Source: an uncultured Candidatus Actinomarina sp. (GTDB lineage: Bacteria; Actinomycetota; Acidimicrobiia; Actinomarinales; Actinomarinaceae). Taken from it: a DNA stretch of 64,000 nt. Position numbers and translations under genes: made by a program. The notes beneath the pieces are model-generated. The model made no database searches, was not told the DNA's origin, and saw only the letters and a list, made by a program, of their open reading frames with translations. The stretch spans positions 1,315 to 65,314 of the forward strand of contig CACODT010000005.1 in the NCBI GenBank assembly GCA_902626065.1, in the 5' to 3' direction. Of the stretch, positions 1 to 10,018 are shown one piece after another. Every line of letters begins with the position of its first letter. Within the stretch, counting starts at the first letter, position 1.

Positions 1-1044
1 AAGCCAAATTAATGATATTGGGATGAGTCTTTTCCACCCTAACTCCATTAGTTGGTCATATCTCAATCTTGGAAGTGTTGCTCTAATCCAAAAATAAACA
101 AAGAGAAGTCCAAAAGTTTTTACTCCTAGCCAAAGCGTGGGCATGAGTGCTGATAAAAATGGTGGAAGAATTCCTTCAAATGTCGGACCTAGCCAACCTC
201 CTAGAAAAAAAGTTGCTGTTATGGCGCACATATTAAACATATTTATGTACTCAGCTAGAAAAAACATTGCAAATCTAAATCCTGAATATTCTGTGTGAAA
301 ACCACCAACTAATTCTTGTTCTGCCTCAACTAAATCAAATGGAGCTCTGTTAACCTCTGCTATAGAGGCAATGAAAAAGATTCCAAATGCCAAAAATTGT
401 GGAAAAATATTCCAATTTGGTATAAATCTTACGATTGAATCAATAATTGGTATTGTACTTGATAAACTACCAGCTTGGCTTTCAACAATTTTTGACATAG
501 ACATTGAACCTGAATACAAAATTACAGGTACAAGCGATAGGCCCATGGCAGCTTCATATGAAATCATTTGAGCAGATGCTCTTACTCCGCCAAGAAGTGG
601 GTATTTTGACCCTGATGACCATCCAGCTAACACAACACTGTAAACTGCTAATGAACTTATTGCAAGAAAGAATAAGACACCTACATTGATATCAGCTCCC
701 ACCATATTGATAAATTTTGATTCCCCACCAACTTTTAAATCAAATCCTGGACCAAGTGGAATAATCATAAATATTAAAAAGGATGGAACAAGAGCAACGA
801 TCGGAGCAAGAAGATACATGGCTTTATCAGCTTTCATTGGTAAAATTTGTTCTTTCAATAAAAGTTTTATAGCATCTGCAAGAGTTTGAAGTATTCCAAA
901 AGGACCTGCTCTATCAGGACCAACTCTAGACTGCATTCCTGCTACAACTTTTCTTTCTAACCAAATAAGAAGGATTGTATTGGTAAGTAAGAGACCTAAA
1001 CCTAAAAGTGGTTTTACGAATGCAAGAATTAATTCAACTGACAC
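1..1044 (-). CDS. nuoH: NADH-quinone oxidoreductase subunit H (partial; C-terminus runs off the left edge)
   Basis: Missing from the ORF track because it is open to the window edge. My translation of the minus strand from GTG at 1044 gives MSVELILAFVKPLLGLGLLLTNTILLIWLERKVVAGMQSRVGPDRAGPFGILQTLADAIKLL..., a canonical NuoH/ND1 N-terminus. The frame stays open to nt 1 (348 codons). An in-frame TGA lies directly upstream (1047..1045). It overlaps the nuoG stop by 11 nt and continues the nuoA-G order. Confidence 0.9.
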   Translation of the reverse strand, partial: MSVELILAFVKPLLGLGLLLTNTILLIWLERKVVAGMQSRVGPDRAGPFGILQTLADAIKLLLKEQILPMKADKAMYLLAPIVALVPSFLIFMIIPLGPGFDLKVGGESKFINMVGADINVGVLFFLAISSLAVYSVVLAGWSSGSKYPLLGGVRASAQMISYEAAMGLSLVPVILYSGSMSMSKIVESQAGSLSSTIPIIDSIVRFIPNWNIFPQFLAFGIFFIASIAEVNRAPFDLVEAEQELVGGFHTEYSGFRFAMFFLAEYINMFNMCAITATFFLGGWLGPTFEGILPPFLSALMPTLWLGVKTFGLLFVYFWIRATLPRLRYDQLMELGWKRLIPISLIWL

Positions 1045-3364
1045 TCAATTGCTCCCTGCTATTTGCTACTTCTAATTCAACTTTCTTTTGGGGATCGAGA
1101 TTTTGAAAACCTCTTCGATTAATTGGAATTATTATGAGATTATCTGGCAGTGAATCATTAATGTAAACGTTTACCTGAATAGAGACATCATCTTGTGTTA
1201 GAGTTACAACATCATTATTTAACATATAAGATCCAAAGTAAGTTGCATAATTCATTTCAATAAATCGCTCAGATCCAAGCATCGAAATAGAAGGTGAATT
1301 AATTTGTGATGATGAATCTCCATAAAGCCTGTGTACAAACAACATTTCAAGGTTTATTAAATTGATGTTTTCGATTTCAATATTGATTGGTTTAAAGTTT
1401 AAAATACCATCTAGATTCTGAGGTTTATTTAAGTTTTCAAAAGATGGAAGTATTTCTTTATCAATATATTCATCACACATAAGTGAATTCAATTCTATTT
1501 CAGATTCAAAAAGTTTTTCATTATCAATTTTATTTAATAGCATCGACCAATACTCCCAATCACTCAATGCTGAGCCTGGAACAGGAAGTATTTTATTTTG
1601 CTTTAATATCCTCATTTCAAGATTTGTAACAGTGCCTTCTTTTTCTCCATAAGATGTTGTAGGAAGAATAATATTTGCTAATTCTGTAGTTTCATTTAAA
1701 AACATATCCAAAGCAACTACAAAGTCCGACATAATTAATCTATCTTTTATTTTTTTACTTAAAACAGAATTATTTACTGGATTTGCACCAATTGTGAATA
1801 CAAGATTTCTTTTGCTTTCATCAAACTCATTAACAAATTCATTCAATCCTTTTACGCAATCTATATTTTGTAGTGCACCAAAAGTATTTCCCTTTGAAAA
1901 AGCATTAAGTACTTTGAGGTTTGATTTTTCATTTAAATATTGAAATAATTCTGTAATTGGTTCAACATCTTGAATTGGAGACGATTTACCTAAAATTGCA
2001 ACAACATTCTTATCGAGTATGAATTCTTCAAGATCTGGTATCTCTGATATTTCAACATTAAATTCAAAATTTTTATTAATTATTTCTTCGCCAAAATAAT
2101 GTTCTGTTAGTTCTTTTATTGCAGTATTTGTATGACCAAATATCAAAAGTTTTTTTCCATTTTTCACTGCTTGTTTGATACGTAAATAAAGGGTAGGTAA
2201 ATTATCTTTTATATCTTGAGACCATAAAATTATTGTATCTGCAAGATCTAAATCTTTTATTTCCCCAAGTTTCTCCTGATTTTCAAAAAACCCTTTGTAA
2301 AGATAATCATCACTAAAGTAAATATTTATATTTTCGCTGTTGTCATTTTTTTCTTTTAAATCATTTACAAAATTGTTTAATGCAAAATATTCTTCATTAG
2401 TACTGTTTGGACCAACAATAAAACTTACAGAAGATTTTTTATGAGAGAATATTTCATTACTTATTAGATCCATTGATTCATTAATACTTACTTCTTGTGT
2501 TGAACTATCAATGAGTAAAGGTAATGTAATTCTTTTATCAGAATGTAGATACTCAAAGTTATACCTTCCTTTATCAGAAAGCCATCCTTGATTAGTAAAA
2601 TCATTATCTTCACCAAGAATTCTTAACATTTTATTTTGTGAAACATTTAATTCAACTGAACAACCAACCGAACAACAATTGCATGTTGATGAAACCTTTT
2701 TTAGATCCCATGGTCGTGCTTTAAATCTATATGATGTTGATGTGAGCGCTCCAACAGGGCAGATTTGAACTGTATTACCGGAAAAATATGACCTAAAAGG
2801 CTCATCTGGAAAAGTATTTACTTGTGTTTTGTTTCCTCTTTGAATAAATTCAATTAAGGGATCTCCGGAAATCTCATCAGAAAATCTAGTACACCGTGCA
2901 CATAAAATACATCTTTCTCTATCTAATAAAATAATTTCAGAAATAGGAATTGGTTTTTCAAAATGTCTTTTATCTTCTACAAATCTTGATTCTCCAGGTC
3001 CATAAGCCATTGTTTGGTCCTGAAGTGGACATTCTCCCGCCTTATCACATACCGGACAATCTAGAGGATGATTGATTAATAAAAACTCTAGCACACCTTC
3101 TTGGGCCTTTTTCACAACCTCTGATTCGGTATCTACAATTAAGTCTTCTGATACTTTTGTAGTGCAAGATGGAACCAAAGCTTTACCACGAGGAGTGTCG
3201 ATTTCTACCAAACACATCCGGCACATTCCGACTGGATCCATACGTTTATGCCAACAAAATCTTGGAATATGAATCCCAGAATCTTCACATGCTTCGATAA
3301 TTAATTGATCAGGTTCGGTCGATATCTCGGAGCCATTTACATTTATTGTTATTTTATCTGTCAT
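1034..3364 (-). CDS. nuoG: NADH-quinone oxidoreductase subunit G
   Basis: 776 aa. Fe-S motifs CWHKRMDPVGMCRMCLVE, HPLDCPVCDKAGECPLQD and CILCARCTRF, followed by a molybdopterin-oxidoreductase-like C-terminal part. 4-nt overlap with nuoF. Confidence 0.93.
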   Translation of the reverse strand: MTDKITINVNGSEISTEPDQLIIEACEDSGIHIPRFCWHKRMDPVGMCRMCLVEIDTPRGKALVPSCTTKVSEDLIVDTESEVVKKAQEGVLEFLLINHPLDCPVCDKAGECPLQDQTMAYGPGESRFVEDKRHFEKPIPISEIILLDRERCILCARCTRFSDEISGDPLIEFIQRGNKTQVNTFPDEPFRSYFSGNTVQICPVGALTSTSYRFKARPWDLKKVSSTCNCCSVGCSVELNVSQNKMLRILGEDNDFTNQGWLSDKGRYNFEYLHSDKRITLPLLIDSSTQEVSINESMDLISNEIFSHKKSSVSFIVGPNSTNEEYFALNNFVNDLKEKNDNSENINIYFSDDYLYKGFFENQEKLGEIKDLDLADTIILWSQDIKDNLPTLYLRIKQAVKNGKKLLIFGHTNTAIKELTEHYFGEEIINKNFEFNVEISEIPDLEEFILDKNVVAILGKSSPIQDVEPITELFQYLNEKSNLKVLNAFSKGNTFGALQNIDCVKGLNEFVNEFDESKRNLVFTIGANPVNNSVLSKKIKDRLIMSDFVVALDMFLNETTELANIILPTTSYGEKEGTVTNLEMRILKQNKILPVPGSALSDWEYWSMLLNKIDNEKLFESEIELNSLMCDEYIDKEILPSFENLNKPQNLDGILNFKPINIEIENINLINLEMLFVHRLYGDSSSQINSPSISMLGSERFIEMNYATYFGSYMLNNDVVTLTQDDVSIQVNVYINDSLPDNLIIIPINRRGFQNLDPQKKVELEVANSREQLSVS

Positions 3365-4656
3365 TGAGCAATTGGAATCTTTGTTGGCAACATATTCATA
3401 ATTTCATCGGAAAAATTATCTAGTAATGATGTGATTGGGGAAACTGCAGATGGACCTAATGGGCAAATAGTTGTCATTTTTGGGGGCCAGGAAAGTCCGG
3501 GTGAGATATTATCACAAATATCTATGAGTAAACTTACGTCAGACAATCTTCCTCTTCCACTAGCTATTCGTTCTAATATCATTTCTAGCCATGTTGTTCC
3601 TTCCCTGCATGGAGTACATTGACCGCAAGATTCATGAGCAAAAAAACTAACTATGCTTTTTGCAGCATAAACTAAATTGGTATCTTCATCCATAACAACA
3701 ACAGCCCCTGAACCCAACATTGAACCTGCATTTGCTACATCGTCTATTGTCATTTTTATATCTAATTGATCGCCTGTGAACCATGGAGCTGAAGCGCCTC
3801 CAGGTATATAAGCCTTAACACTTTTATCATTTTTGATTCCATTACCAAAAGTGTCGATAAATTCACCGAAACTTTTTCCCATTTCTATTTCAAAGTTTCC
3901 AGGATTATTAATGTGGCCTGATAAACTAAAAATTCTGGTACCAGTTGAACCTTCAACTCCAAGTTTTGAATACTCTTTTCCTGAATTATTAATTATCCAG
4001 GGAACAGAAGAAATCGTTTCAACATTATTGACAAGGGTTGGTTTATTATACAAACCCATGACAGCAGGAAAGTAAGGCGGTTTCAACCTTGGCTCACCTC
4101 TTTTTCCTTCTAATGAGTTTAATAGTGCTGTCTCTTCACCACATATATAAGCACCCGCTCCTAGATGAACTACAACATCCAATGAAAAATTAGTACCTAA
4201 AATATTTTTTCCAAGATAGCCTTTCTCGTAGGCTTGTTCTACTGCATCTTGAACTCTTCTTGCAGGTTTTGCGTATTCACCTCTTATATAAATAAAAGCT
4301 TTTTTTATATTGGAAGCAAAACATGTAATTATGATGCCTTCAATTAGTTGATGAGGATCTCTTTCAAGCAATATTCTATCTTTAAAAGTTCCTGGTTCAG
4401 ATTCATCTCCATTTATCACTAAATATCTATCTTCATCTTCAGCTAAAAATCCCCACTTTACCCCGGTAGGGAAACCTGCTCCTCCTCTACCTCTTATATT
4501 TGAATCTTTAATTTCATTGATTACGTTTTCGGGATTGCCTTCTTTGAGAACTTTTTTTAATGCATCGTAACCGTTGTTGTTCTCATAAATTTCTATCTTA
4601 TGGCTATTTTCAGGAAATTCACGCATATGTTTTGTTAGTAATAATGTCTCTTTCAT
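3361..4656 (-). CDS. nuoF: NADH-quinone oxidoreductase subunit F
   Basis: 431 aa. GRGGAGFPTGVKW (FMN/NADH site) and ESCGQCTPCREG (4Fe-4S). Operon position between nuoE and nuoG. Confidence 0.95.
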   Translation of the reverse strand: MKETLLLTKHMREFPENSHKIEIYENNNGYDALKKVLKEGNPENVINEIKDSNIRGRGGAGFPTGVKWGFLAEDEDRYLVINGDESEPGTFKDRILLERDPHQLIEGIIITCFASNIKKAFIYIRGEYAKPARRVQDAVEQAYEKGYLGKNILGTNFSLDVVVHLGAGAYICGEETALLNSLEGKRGEPRLKPPYFPAVMGLYNKPTLVNNVETISSVPWIINNSGKEYSKLGVEGSTGTRIFSLSGHINNPGNFEIEMGKSFGEFIDTFGNGIKNDKSVKAYIPGGASAPWFTGDQLDIKMTIDDVANAGSMLGSGAVVVMDEDTNLVYAAKSIVSFFAHESCGQCTPCREGTTWLEMILERIASGRGRLSDVSLLIDICDNISPGLSWPPKMTTICPLGPSAVSPITSLLDNFSDEIMNMLPTKIPIAQ

Positions 4657-5270
4657 ATTCTTTTTTCCTTAGCAGTTCCAATATTTTGAAAACCTGGAAC
4701 CGAATAAGATGATCCTGTGTTGTCGTTGATTGCCCAATCAAAAGATTTAACGCCACCAAACATATTTTGTAATTCTTCAGCAACAACTACCTCTGGCTTC
4801 TCTTCTTTGAGCCATTCACATAATTCAATCGACTTTTGTGGTGTAAGGCCTTCAACAGTTTCATAATTAATTTGAACAGCTGGTGCTCCACCGCAAGCAC
4901 CAATACACTCGACTTCCTCAAAAGTAAAAACTTTATCAACATCTGTTTCATAGTTTTCTAATCCCGTAAATTCTTTAACAGAGTCAATTACACTTCTTGA
5001 ATCATTTATCTCACATGAAATTGACTTACATACACTGAGTAAATATTTTCCTGTTTGTTCTTCTTTATACATAGAGTAAAAAGATGCAACAGACTTTACT
5101 TGTACTTCTGTGATCCCAACAAGGTTGCTTATCTCAACAATGGACTCATCGGAGATATAACCGTCTCTTTCTTGAGCTAAATACAAAAGCGGGGCAAGTG
5201 CAGATCTTTTTTCAGGGTATAAGTCAATTATTTCATTCGCTTTTTCAATTAGTTCTTTCTCCCAGCTCAT
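4653..5270 (-). CDS. nuoE: NADH-quinone oxidoreductase subunit E
   Basis: 205 aa. Thioredoxin-like 2Fe-2S cysteines (SVCKSISCE ... ECIGACGGAPA). 4-nt overlaps on both sides. Confidence 0.9.
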   Translation of the reverse strand: MSWEKELIEKANEIIDLYPEKRSALAPLLYLAQERDGYISDESIVEISNLVGITEVQVKSVASFYSMYKEEQTGKYLLSVCKSISCEINDSRSVIDSVKEFTGLENYETDVDKVFTFEEVECIGACGGAPAVQINYETVEGLTPQKSIELCEWLKEEKPEVVVAEELQNMFGGVKSFDWAINDNTGSSYSVPGFQNIGTAKEKRI

Positions 5271-6622
5271 CTGTCCACATCTCCTAAAACCGGATCAAGA
5301 GAAGCGATAGCAGCAACCGCGTCTGCAATGGGACTATCTGACATAACTACAGGTAAAGCCTGTAAATTACAAAAGGATGGGCCTCTTACATGCATCCTGT
5401 AAGGTTTTGAAGAACCATCTGAAACGATAAAACATCCTAATTCACCTCTTGGAGATTCTACCGTTGTATAAACTTGACCTTCTGGAACTTTAAAGCCTTC
5501 TGTATATATTTTAAAGTGATGAATGAGGGCTTCCATTGACTCATCTAATCTTTTTCTTGGTGGGGGTGTGATTTTTTTATCTTGAATTTTATATGCTCCT
5601 TTTGGCATATCTCCTAAAACCTGTTCAACAATTTTTAAACTTTCAAAAATTTCAAGTACTTTTATTCTCCATCTTGCAAAGACATCCCCTTCTTCAAAAA
5701 CTGGTACATCGAATTCATACTTTTCTATACCTGAATAAGGTTGCATTTTTCTTAAATCCCAAGCATATCCACTAGCCCTGAGACTAGGTCCAGTAACTCC
5801 GTATGCTAGACATTCTTCAGTTGTCAATATTCCAACATTTTTTAACCTGCCCTGCCATATCGGATTATCGAGAAGCATTTCATCATAGTCTTTTAATTTC
5901 TCAGGAATGATTTTTAATATATCCTCAACATCTTTTTGCCAATTATCAGGCAAATCTGCTGCTACCCCACCTGGTCTTATAAAATTATGATTCATTCTTA
6001 ATCCAGTTGTTTTCTCAAAAAAATCTAAAATTAACTCCCGTTCTCTAAATCCAAAAATCATCATCGAAAGTGCACCAATATCCATTCCTCCAGTAGCTAA
6101 AGCAACAAGATGTGAGGAAACTCTATTAAGCTCAGTCATTAATATTCTGATATTTGCTGCTCGTTCGGGAACTTCAATACCAAGTAATTTTTCAGTTGCT
6201 AATGAAAAAACAAGCTCATTGAAAAAAGGTGATAAATAGTCCATTCTCGTTGTGTTTGTAGGCCCTTGGAAGTAATTTAATTCTTCCCCTGTTTTTTCCA
6301 TTCCTGTATGAAGATATCCAATTACTGGTTGAACTCTCCTAACTACTTCTCCTTCAAGCTCAACTTGCAATCTTAAAACGCCATGCGTAGATGGATGTTG
6401 TGGCCCCATGTTAAGTATCATTCTTTCATCATCAGATATATCATCTTCAATAAAATAATCATCAATGACATCCGATCCCATTTGTATTTTTGTTGTCATC
6501 TCATCTTCTTGCTCTAACATTTTTTGGGATCCTTCATCGGTTGAAGAAATATTCCAACCACCCTCTTCAGAATTTGTAGCCCAAAAATCGAGGTCTTTTA
6601 CTGTATCGTTATTTTCTTCCAT
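5267..6622 (-). CDS. nuoD: NADH-quinone oxidoreductase subunit D (with acidic N-terminal extension)
   Basis: 451 aa. NMGPQHPSTHGVLRL and the C-terminal DPVLGDVDR are hallmark NuoD/49-kDa motifs. About 70 acidic residues precede the conserved core. Confidence 0.93.
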   Translation of the reverse strand: MEENNDTVKDLDFWATNSEEGGWNISSTDEGSQKMLEQEDEMTTKIQMGSDVIDDYFIEDDISDDERMILNMGPQHPSTHGVLRLQVELEGEVVRRVQPVIGYLHTGMEKTGEELNYFQGPTNTTRMDYLSPFFNELVFSLATEKLLGIEVPERAANIRILMTELNRVSSHLVALATGGMDIGALSMMIFGFRERELILDFFEKTTGLRMNHNFIRPGGVAADLPDNWQKDVEDILKIIPEKLKDYDEMLLDNPIWQGRLKNVGILTTEECLAYGVTGPSLRASGYAWDLRKMQPYSGIEKYEFDVPVFEEGDVFARWRIKVLEIFESLKIVEQVLGDMPKGAYKIQDKKITPPPRKRLDESMEALIHHFKIYTEGFKVPEGQVYTTVESPRGELGCFIVSDGSSKPYRMHVRGPSFCNLQALPVVMSDSPIADAVAAIASLDPVLGDVDR

Positions 6623-6624
6623 TA

Positions 6625-7032
6625 CTAATCAACCTTTGGTGCATTTTTAAATTGAACCGGTATTCTTCCAGATCCATAATCTTTTCTTAAAGGATGCCCA
6701 ACCCAATCATCAGGCATTAAAATTCTTGTTAAATCTGGATGATTCTCAAAATTTATTCCAAACATATCAAAGGCTTCTCTTTCATAGAAATTTGCGCTTG
6801 GGTATAAACTAACAATTGAAGGGATTGTCAGATCATCATTTAATTTAACAGATAAGCAAACTCTTTTATTTTTCGATACAGATAGAAAATTAACAACTAA
6901 TTCAAACCTTGGATCTTTTTTTCTAAACCAATCTACAGCTGTTAAATCAACCATCATCTCAAAACCGTCTTGCTTTAATTCTTCAACTTTTTTGAAGTAT
7001 TCTTCCGGCAAAATTTCAATATTATCAATCAT
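6625..7032 (-). CDS. nuoC: NADH-quinone oxidoreductase subunit C (minimal length)
   Basis: 135 aa. [28 protein letters not shown] matches the 30-kDa subunit core. Position between nuoB and nuoD. Confidence 0.88.
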   Translation of the reverse strand: MIDNIEILPEEYFKKVEELKQDGFEMMVDLTAVDWFRKKDPRFELVVNFLSVSKNKRVCLSVKLNDDLTIPSIVSLYPSANFYEREAFDMFGINFENHPDLTRILMPDDWVGHPLRKDYGSGRIPVQFKNAPKVD

Positions 7033-7493
7033 TATCTATTAATCTCTCTATCCATGATCTTTTGATGTAATGTTAAAATTCCATGCATTAGTGACTGAGG
7101 TCCAGGAGGACATCCAGGAACATAAATATCTACGGGCACAATGTGATCAACTCCCTGTACGAGTGCATAATTGTTAAACATCCCTCCAGTAGATGAGCAA
7201 GCACCCATTGCAATTACCCATTTTGGTTCAGCCATTTGATCATAAACCTGCCTCAAGACAGGAGCCATTTTTTGAGAAACTCTTCCTGCAACAATCATTA
7301 AATCAGCTTGCCTTGGTGATGCTCTAAATACTTCCATGCCATATCTTGCCAAATCATACTTTGCTGATCCCGCGGCCATCATTTCAATAGCACAACAAGC
7401 AAGGCCAAATGTAACTGGCCACATGGACTGTGTTCTTGACCACCTGATAGCTTTATCAATTGTTGTCGTAAAGATATTATCTGGTGAAAACAT
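7032..7493 (-). CDS. nuoB: NADH-quinone oxidoreductase subunit B
   Basis: 153 aa. [16 protein letters not shown] and VPGCPP are the N2 cluster-binding motifs. Confidence 0.95.
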   Translation of the reverse strand: MFSPDNIFTTTIDKAIRWSRTQSMWPVTFGLACCAIEMMAAGSAKYDLARYGMEVFRASPRQADLMIVAGRVSQKMAPVLRQVYDQMAEPKWVIAMGACSSTGGMFNNYALVQGVDHIVPVDIYVPGCPPGPQSLMHGILTLHQKIMDREINR

Positions 7494-7903
7494 TAGTCCT
7501 CACTTCCTGGATAACTTGAGACTGGTTCGTGATATCTTTGCCTTCTTGGTACATTCCAATCAAGTACGTTTCTTTTCCAGACATAATAAAGTGTCTCCAG
7601 TACAAAAAATGTGAAGATAAAAATAACTACAATCCCATACCATCCGAGCTGTTCAAATCGAGTTGCCCAAGCTAGAAGAAAAATAATTTCTATGTCGAAA
7701 ACAATATACAACATAGCAACCATGTAAAACTTTACAGGAAATCTTTGAGATGGTTCTTCCTCTGGAAAAATTCCTGACTCATATGGAGTCAACTTTTCAG
7801 GTGTTGGATTCTTTGGGGAAATTAAATAAGAAACACCTAATGAAGCTAAAGCAAATCCTATACCAATAAATAACATAACTAGTATGGGTAGCCAGTCAAT
7901 CAC
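7493..7903 (-). CDS. nuoA: NADH-quinone oxidoreductase subunit A
   Basis: 136 aa, three hydrophobic helices, [12 protein letters not shown] motif. GTG start at 7903 preceded by a GGGAGGG Shine-Dalgarno (minus strand, about 7914..7908). Confidence 0.9.
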   Translation of the reverse strand: MIDWLPILVMLFIGIGFALASLGVSYLISPKNPTPEKLTPYESGIFPEEEPSQRFPVKFYMVAMLYIVFDIEIIFLLAWATRFEQLGWYGIVVIFIFTFFVLETLYYVWKRNVLDWNVPRRQRYHEPVSSYPGSED

Positions 7904-7916
7904 ATTCCCTCCCTAT

Positions 7917-7934
7917 TTGTGAAATATTTCACAA
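7917..7934. promoter_or_regulatory. Rex operator (ROP-type palindrome) in the nuoA leader
   Basis: TTGTGAAATATTTCACAA is a perfect 18-bp palindrome identical to the actinobacterial Rex consensus TTGTGAAnnnnTTCACAA. It sits 13 nt upstream of the nuoA GTG. On the minus strand it lies 11 nt downstream of a TAAAAT -10-like hexamer (7951..7946). A rex gene starts at 9371. Confidence 0.8.
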
Positions 7935-7970
7935 TGTGTCCCTCTATTTTAGTACTGATTTGGGTTTTTG

Positions 7971-9260
7971 CTATAACGAAAAGGTAGGAGATTTGCTGAA
8001 AAACTTCAATGTTTTAAAGGGTAAAATAAATTTAAAAGTAAGTAAAAAAGTTTCTTTAAATGTCAATCTTGCTTCATCAAATAACAACTCAACAACAAAG
8101 TTTATTGTATTTTTATCAACGGAGGCAATTTTAAGTAATCGTTTGGTCATAAAAGGACTTTGTAAAATAAATCTTGCGAGAGTACAGCTTAAAAAATGTT
8201 TTCCGAATCTTTGATTTAATTTTTTTTCGTATTTTTTTATATTTTGATTTAATTCATTTTCATTTTCTGAGTTAAACGAACTGAATGTCTCTTTTGCAAG
8301 TAAATAACCTGCCTCCATTCCATAAAATATACCTTCACCACTCATTGGATTAATCATTGATCCAGCATCTCCTACTAAAGCTATTTTGTCATGAGACAAT
8401 TTTGGTCTTGAGGATGCGAATGGCAACATATAACTTTTCTCCATTCTTAGGTTATTTACAACAACTCCTTTTGACTCCAAGGTGGTTATAAAACTATCAA
8501 GCATTTTATTTATATCCATATCATCTTTTTTAAATAGGTTTAATGGCATACCTATACCAATATTGATCAAATCATCTTTACTTGGAAATGCCCAAGCGTA
8601 ACCCTTTAATGCCGATACATTAATTTCAAACATTAATGTTCGTTCTTTAAATATCTCAAGATAGTTTGGACTGTTTATGTAAGCCCTAATCGCAATTGCT
8701 TTATGTAAATCACTATTTTGCTTTAAATTTAAACTTTTTCTTACTCTTGAGTTTGCACCATCAGCTCCAACTAATAATTTTGTAAATATAAACTTCTTTT
8801 CTTTACTGCTAGTTTCTATTTCTACTTTTAAAACTTTTTCATCTTCAATATTTTCATAATTTATGTATCTTGTGTCTTCCAGGGAAGTAACATCTAAATC
8901 TTTGGCAATATTAAAAATCCTATTATCTAATTCATACCTTGGAATTACATAAACTACTGAGTCATCTTTGTTTTTTACTTTTGGAATATAATTTTGAATT
9001 CCTATATTATCAGGTCCAAATAAAGATGTTGATATAACTTCTGGTTCGTCATCAAGAATATGCTCGTTGTTAAATCTCTTTAAAGCATTTATAACGCCTG
9101 GTCCAATTGCATCACCACAAGACTTATCACGTGGAAAAACAGCCTTATCCATTATTCCAACTTTTAAATCTGGATTTAAATTTTTATAAGAAATAGCTGT
9201 ATTGGACCCTGATGGACCAGCTCCTACAATTAATACATCAAAAATTTCTTTATTGTTCAT
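7971..9260 (-). CDS. FAD-dependent geranylgeranyl reductase family oxidoreductase (possible menaquinone/polyprenyl reductase)
   Basis: 429 aa. N-terminal dinucleotide fold DVLIVGAGPSGS and LVGDAGSMINPMSGEGI, typical of the GGR/FixC family. The substrate cannot be assigned from sequence alone. Confidence 0.7.
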   Translation of the reverse strand: MNNKEIFDVLIVGAGPSGSNTAISYKNLNPDLKVGIMDKAVFPRDKSCGDAIGPGVINALKRFNNEHILDDEPEVISTSLFGPDNIGIQNYIPKVKNKDDSVVYVIPRYELDNRIFNIAKDLDVTSLEDTRYINYENIEDEKVLKVEIETSSKEKKFIFTKLLVGADGANSRVRKSLNLKQNSDLHKAIAIRAYINSPNYLEIFKERTLMFEINVSALKGYAWAFPSKDDLINIGIGMPLNLFKKDDMDINKMLDSFITTLESKGVVVNNLRMEKSYMLPFASSRPKLSHDKIALVGDAGSMINPMSGEGIFYGMEAGYLLAKETFSSFNSENENELNQNIKKYEKKLNQRFGKHFLSCTLARFILQSPFMTKRLLKIASVDKNTINFVVELLFDEARLTFKETFLLTFKFILPFKTLKFFSKSPTFSL

Positions 9261-9370
9261 AGGTTATGACTTCAAATTACCCTATTTACTAATAAAACGT
9301 AAATTTTGAAAAATAAAATATTTTAATAGTAGTTTATCTTATTTTTATTTCCTTATTAGATTGTGCATTA

Positions 9371-10015
9371 GTGAAAGAAAATAACAAAATACCTCCAGCA
9401 ACAGTAAAAAGATTACCTCTGTATCTCCAATGTTTAGAACAATTAGATGATCAAACTATTGGAATATCATCCAAAAAATTAGCTGAGATAGCAAAAGTTA
9501 ATGATGCCCAGGTAAGAAGAGATCTTTCATATTTAGGAACTTTAGGAACCAGGGGTGTAGGGTATGACATATCAACATTAAGAAATCAACTTCAACTTGA
9601 ACTTGGTCTTGTTGAGGGCTGGAGTGCAGTTATTGTAGGGGTTGGAAATCTTGGTTCAGCACTTGCACATTATGGAGGATTTCAAGAGCGAGGTTTTGGT
9701 GTTGTTGGACTATTCGATGATGATCCAAAAAAAATTAACAAACAAATAGCTGGTTTAGTTGTTAAACCCATAGCCGATATAAAAGATGTATGTGATAAAT
9801 ACAATGTTGCAATTGGGATAATCGCAACACCAGGAAATGTTGCACAAGTCATTGCTGATCAGCTTATTGACTGTGGAGTAAAGTCAATACTTAATTTTGC
9901 CCCGGTATTATTAAAAAATATTCCAGATATTCAGATAAGGTCTGTAGATCTTTCACAAGAATTGCAGATACTGAGCTATTACCTTGACAGGCCAGTTCTA
10001 AAAGCCGTTAAATAA
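9371..10015 (+). CDS. rex: Redox-sensing transcriptional repressor Rex
   Basis: 214 aa, GTG start. N-terminal winged-helix region (ATVKRLPLYLQCL) and NAD(H) Rossmann motif VIVGVGNLGSALAHY. Length and layout are typical of Rex. Confidence 0.9.
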   Translation: MKENNKIPPATVKRLPLYLQCLEQLDDQTIGISSKKLAEIAKVNDAQVRRDLSYLGTLGTRGVGYDISTLRNQLQLELGLVEGWSAVIVGVGNLGSALAHYGGFQERGFGVVGLFDDDPKKINKQIAGLVVKPIADIKDVCDKYNVAIGIIATPGNVAQVIADQLIDCGVKSILNFAPVLLKNIPDIQIRSVDLSQELQILSYYLDRPVLKAVK

Positions 10016-10018
10016 AAA

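Noticed and set aside
371-889. Three short plus-strand ORFs (371..571, 504..689, 686..889) at the left edge
   Set aside because: They overlap the minus-strand reading frame that translates into an unmistakable NuoH sequence. The ORF track missed nuoH only because it is open at the window edge.
9355-9380. Possible Rex autoregulatory site (TTGTGCATTAGTGAAAGA) overlapping the rex GTG start
   Set aside because: Only one half-site (TTGTG) resembles the operator and the second half is not the reverse complement. This is far weaker than the perfect site at 7917..7934, so it is not called.
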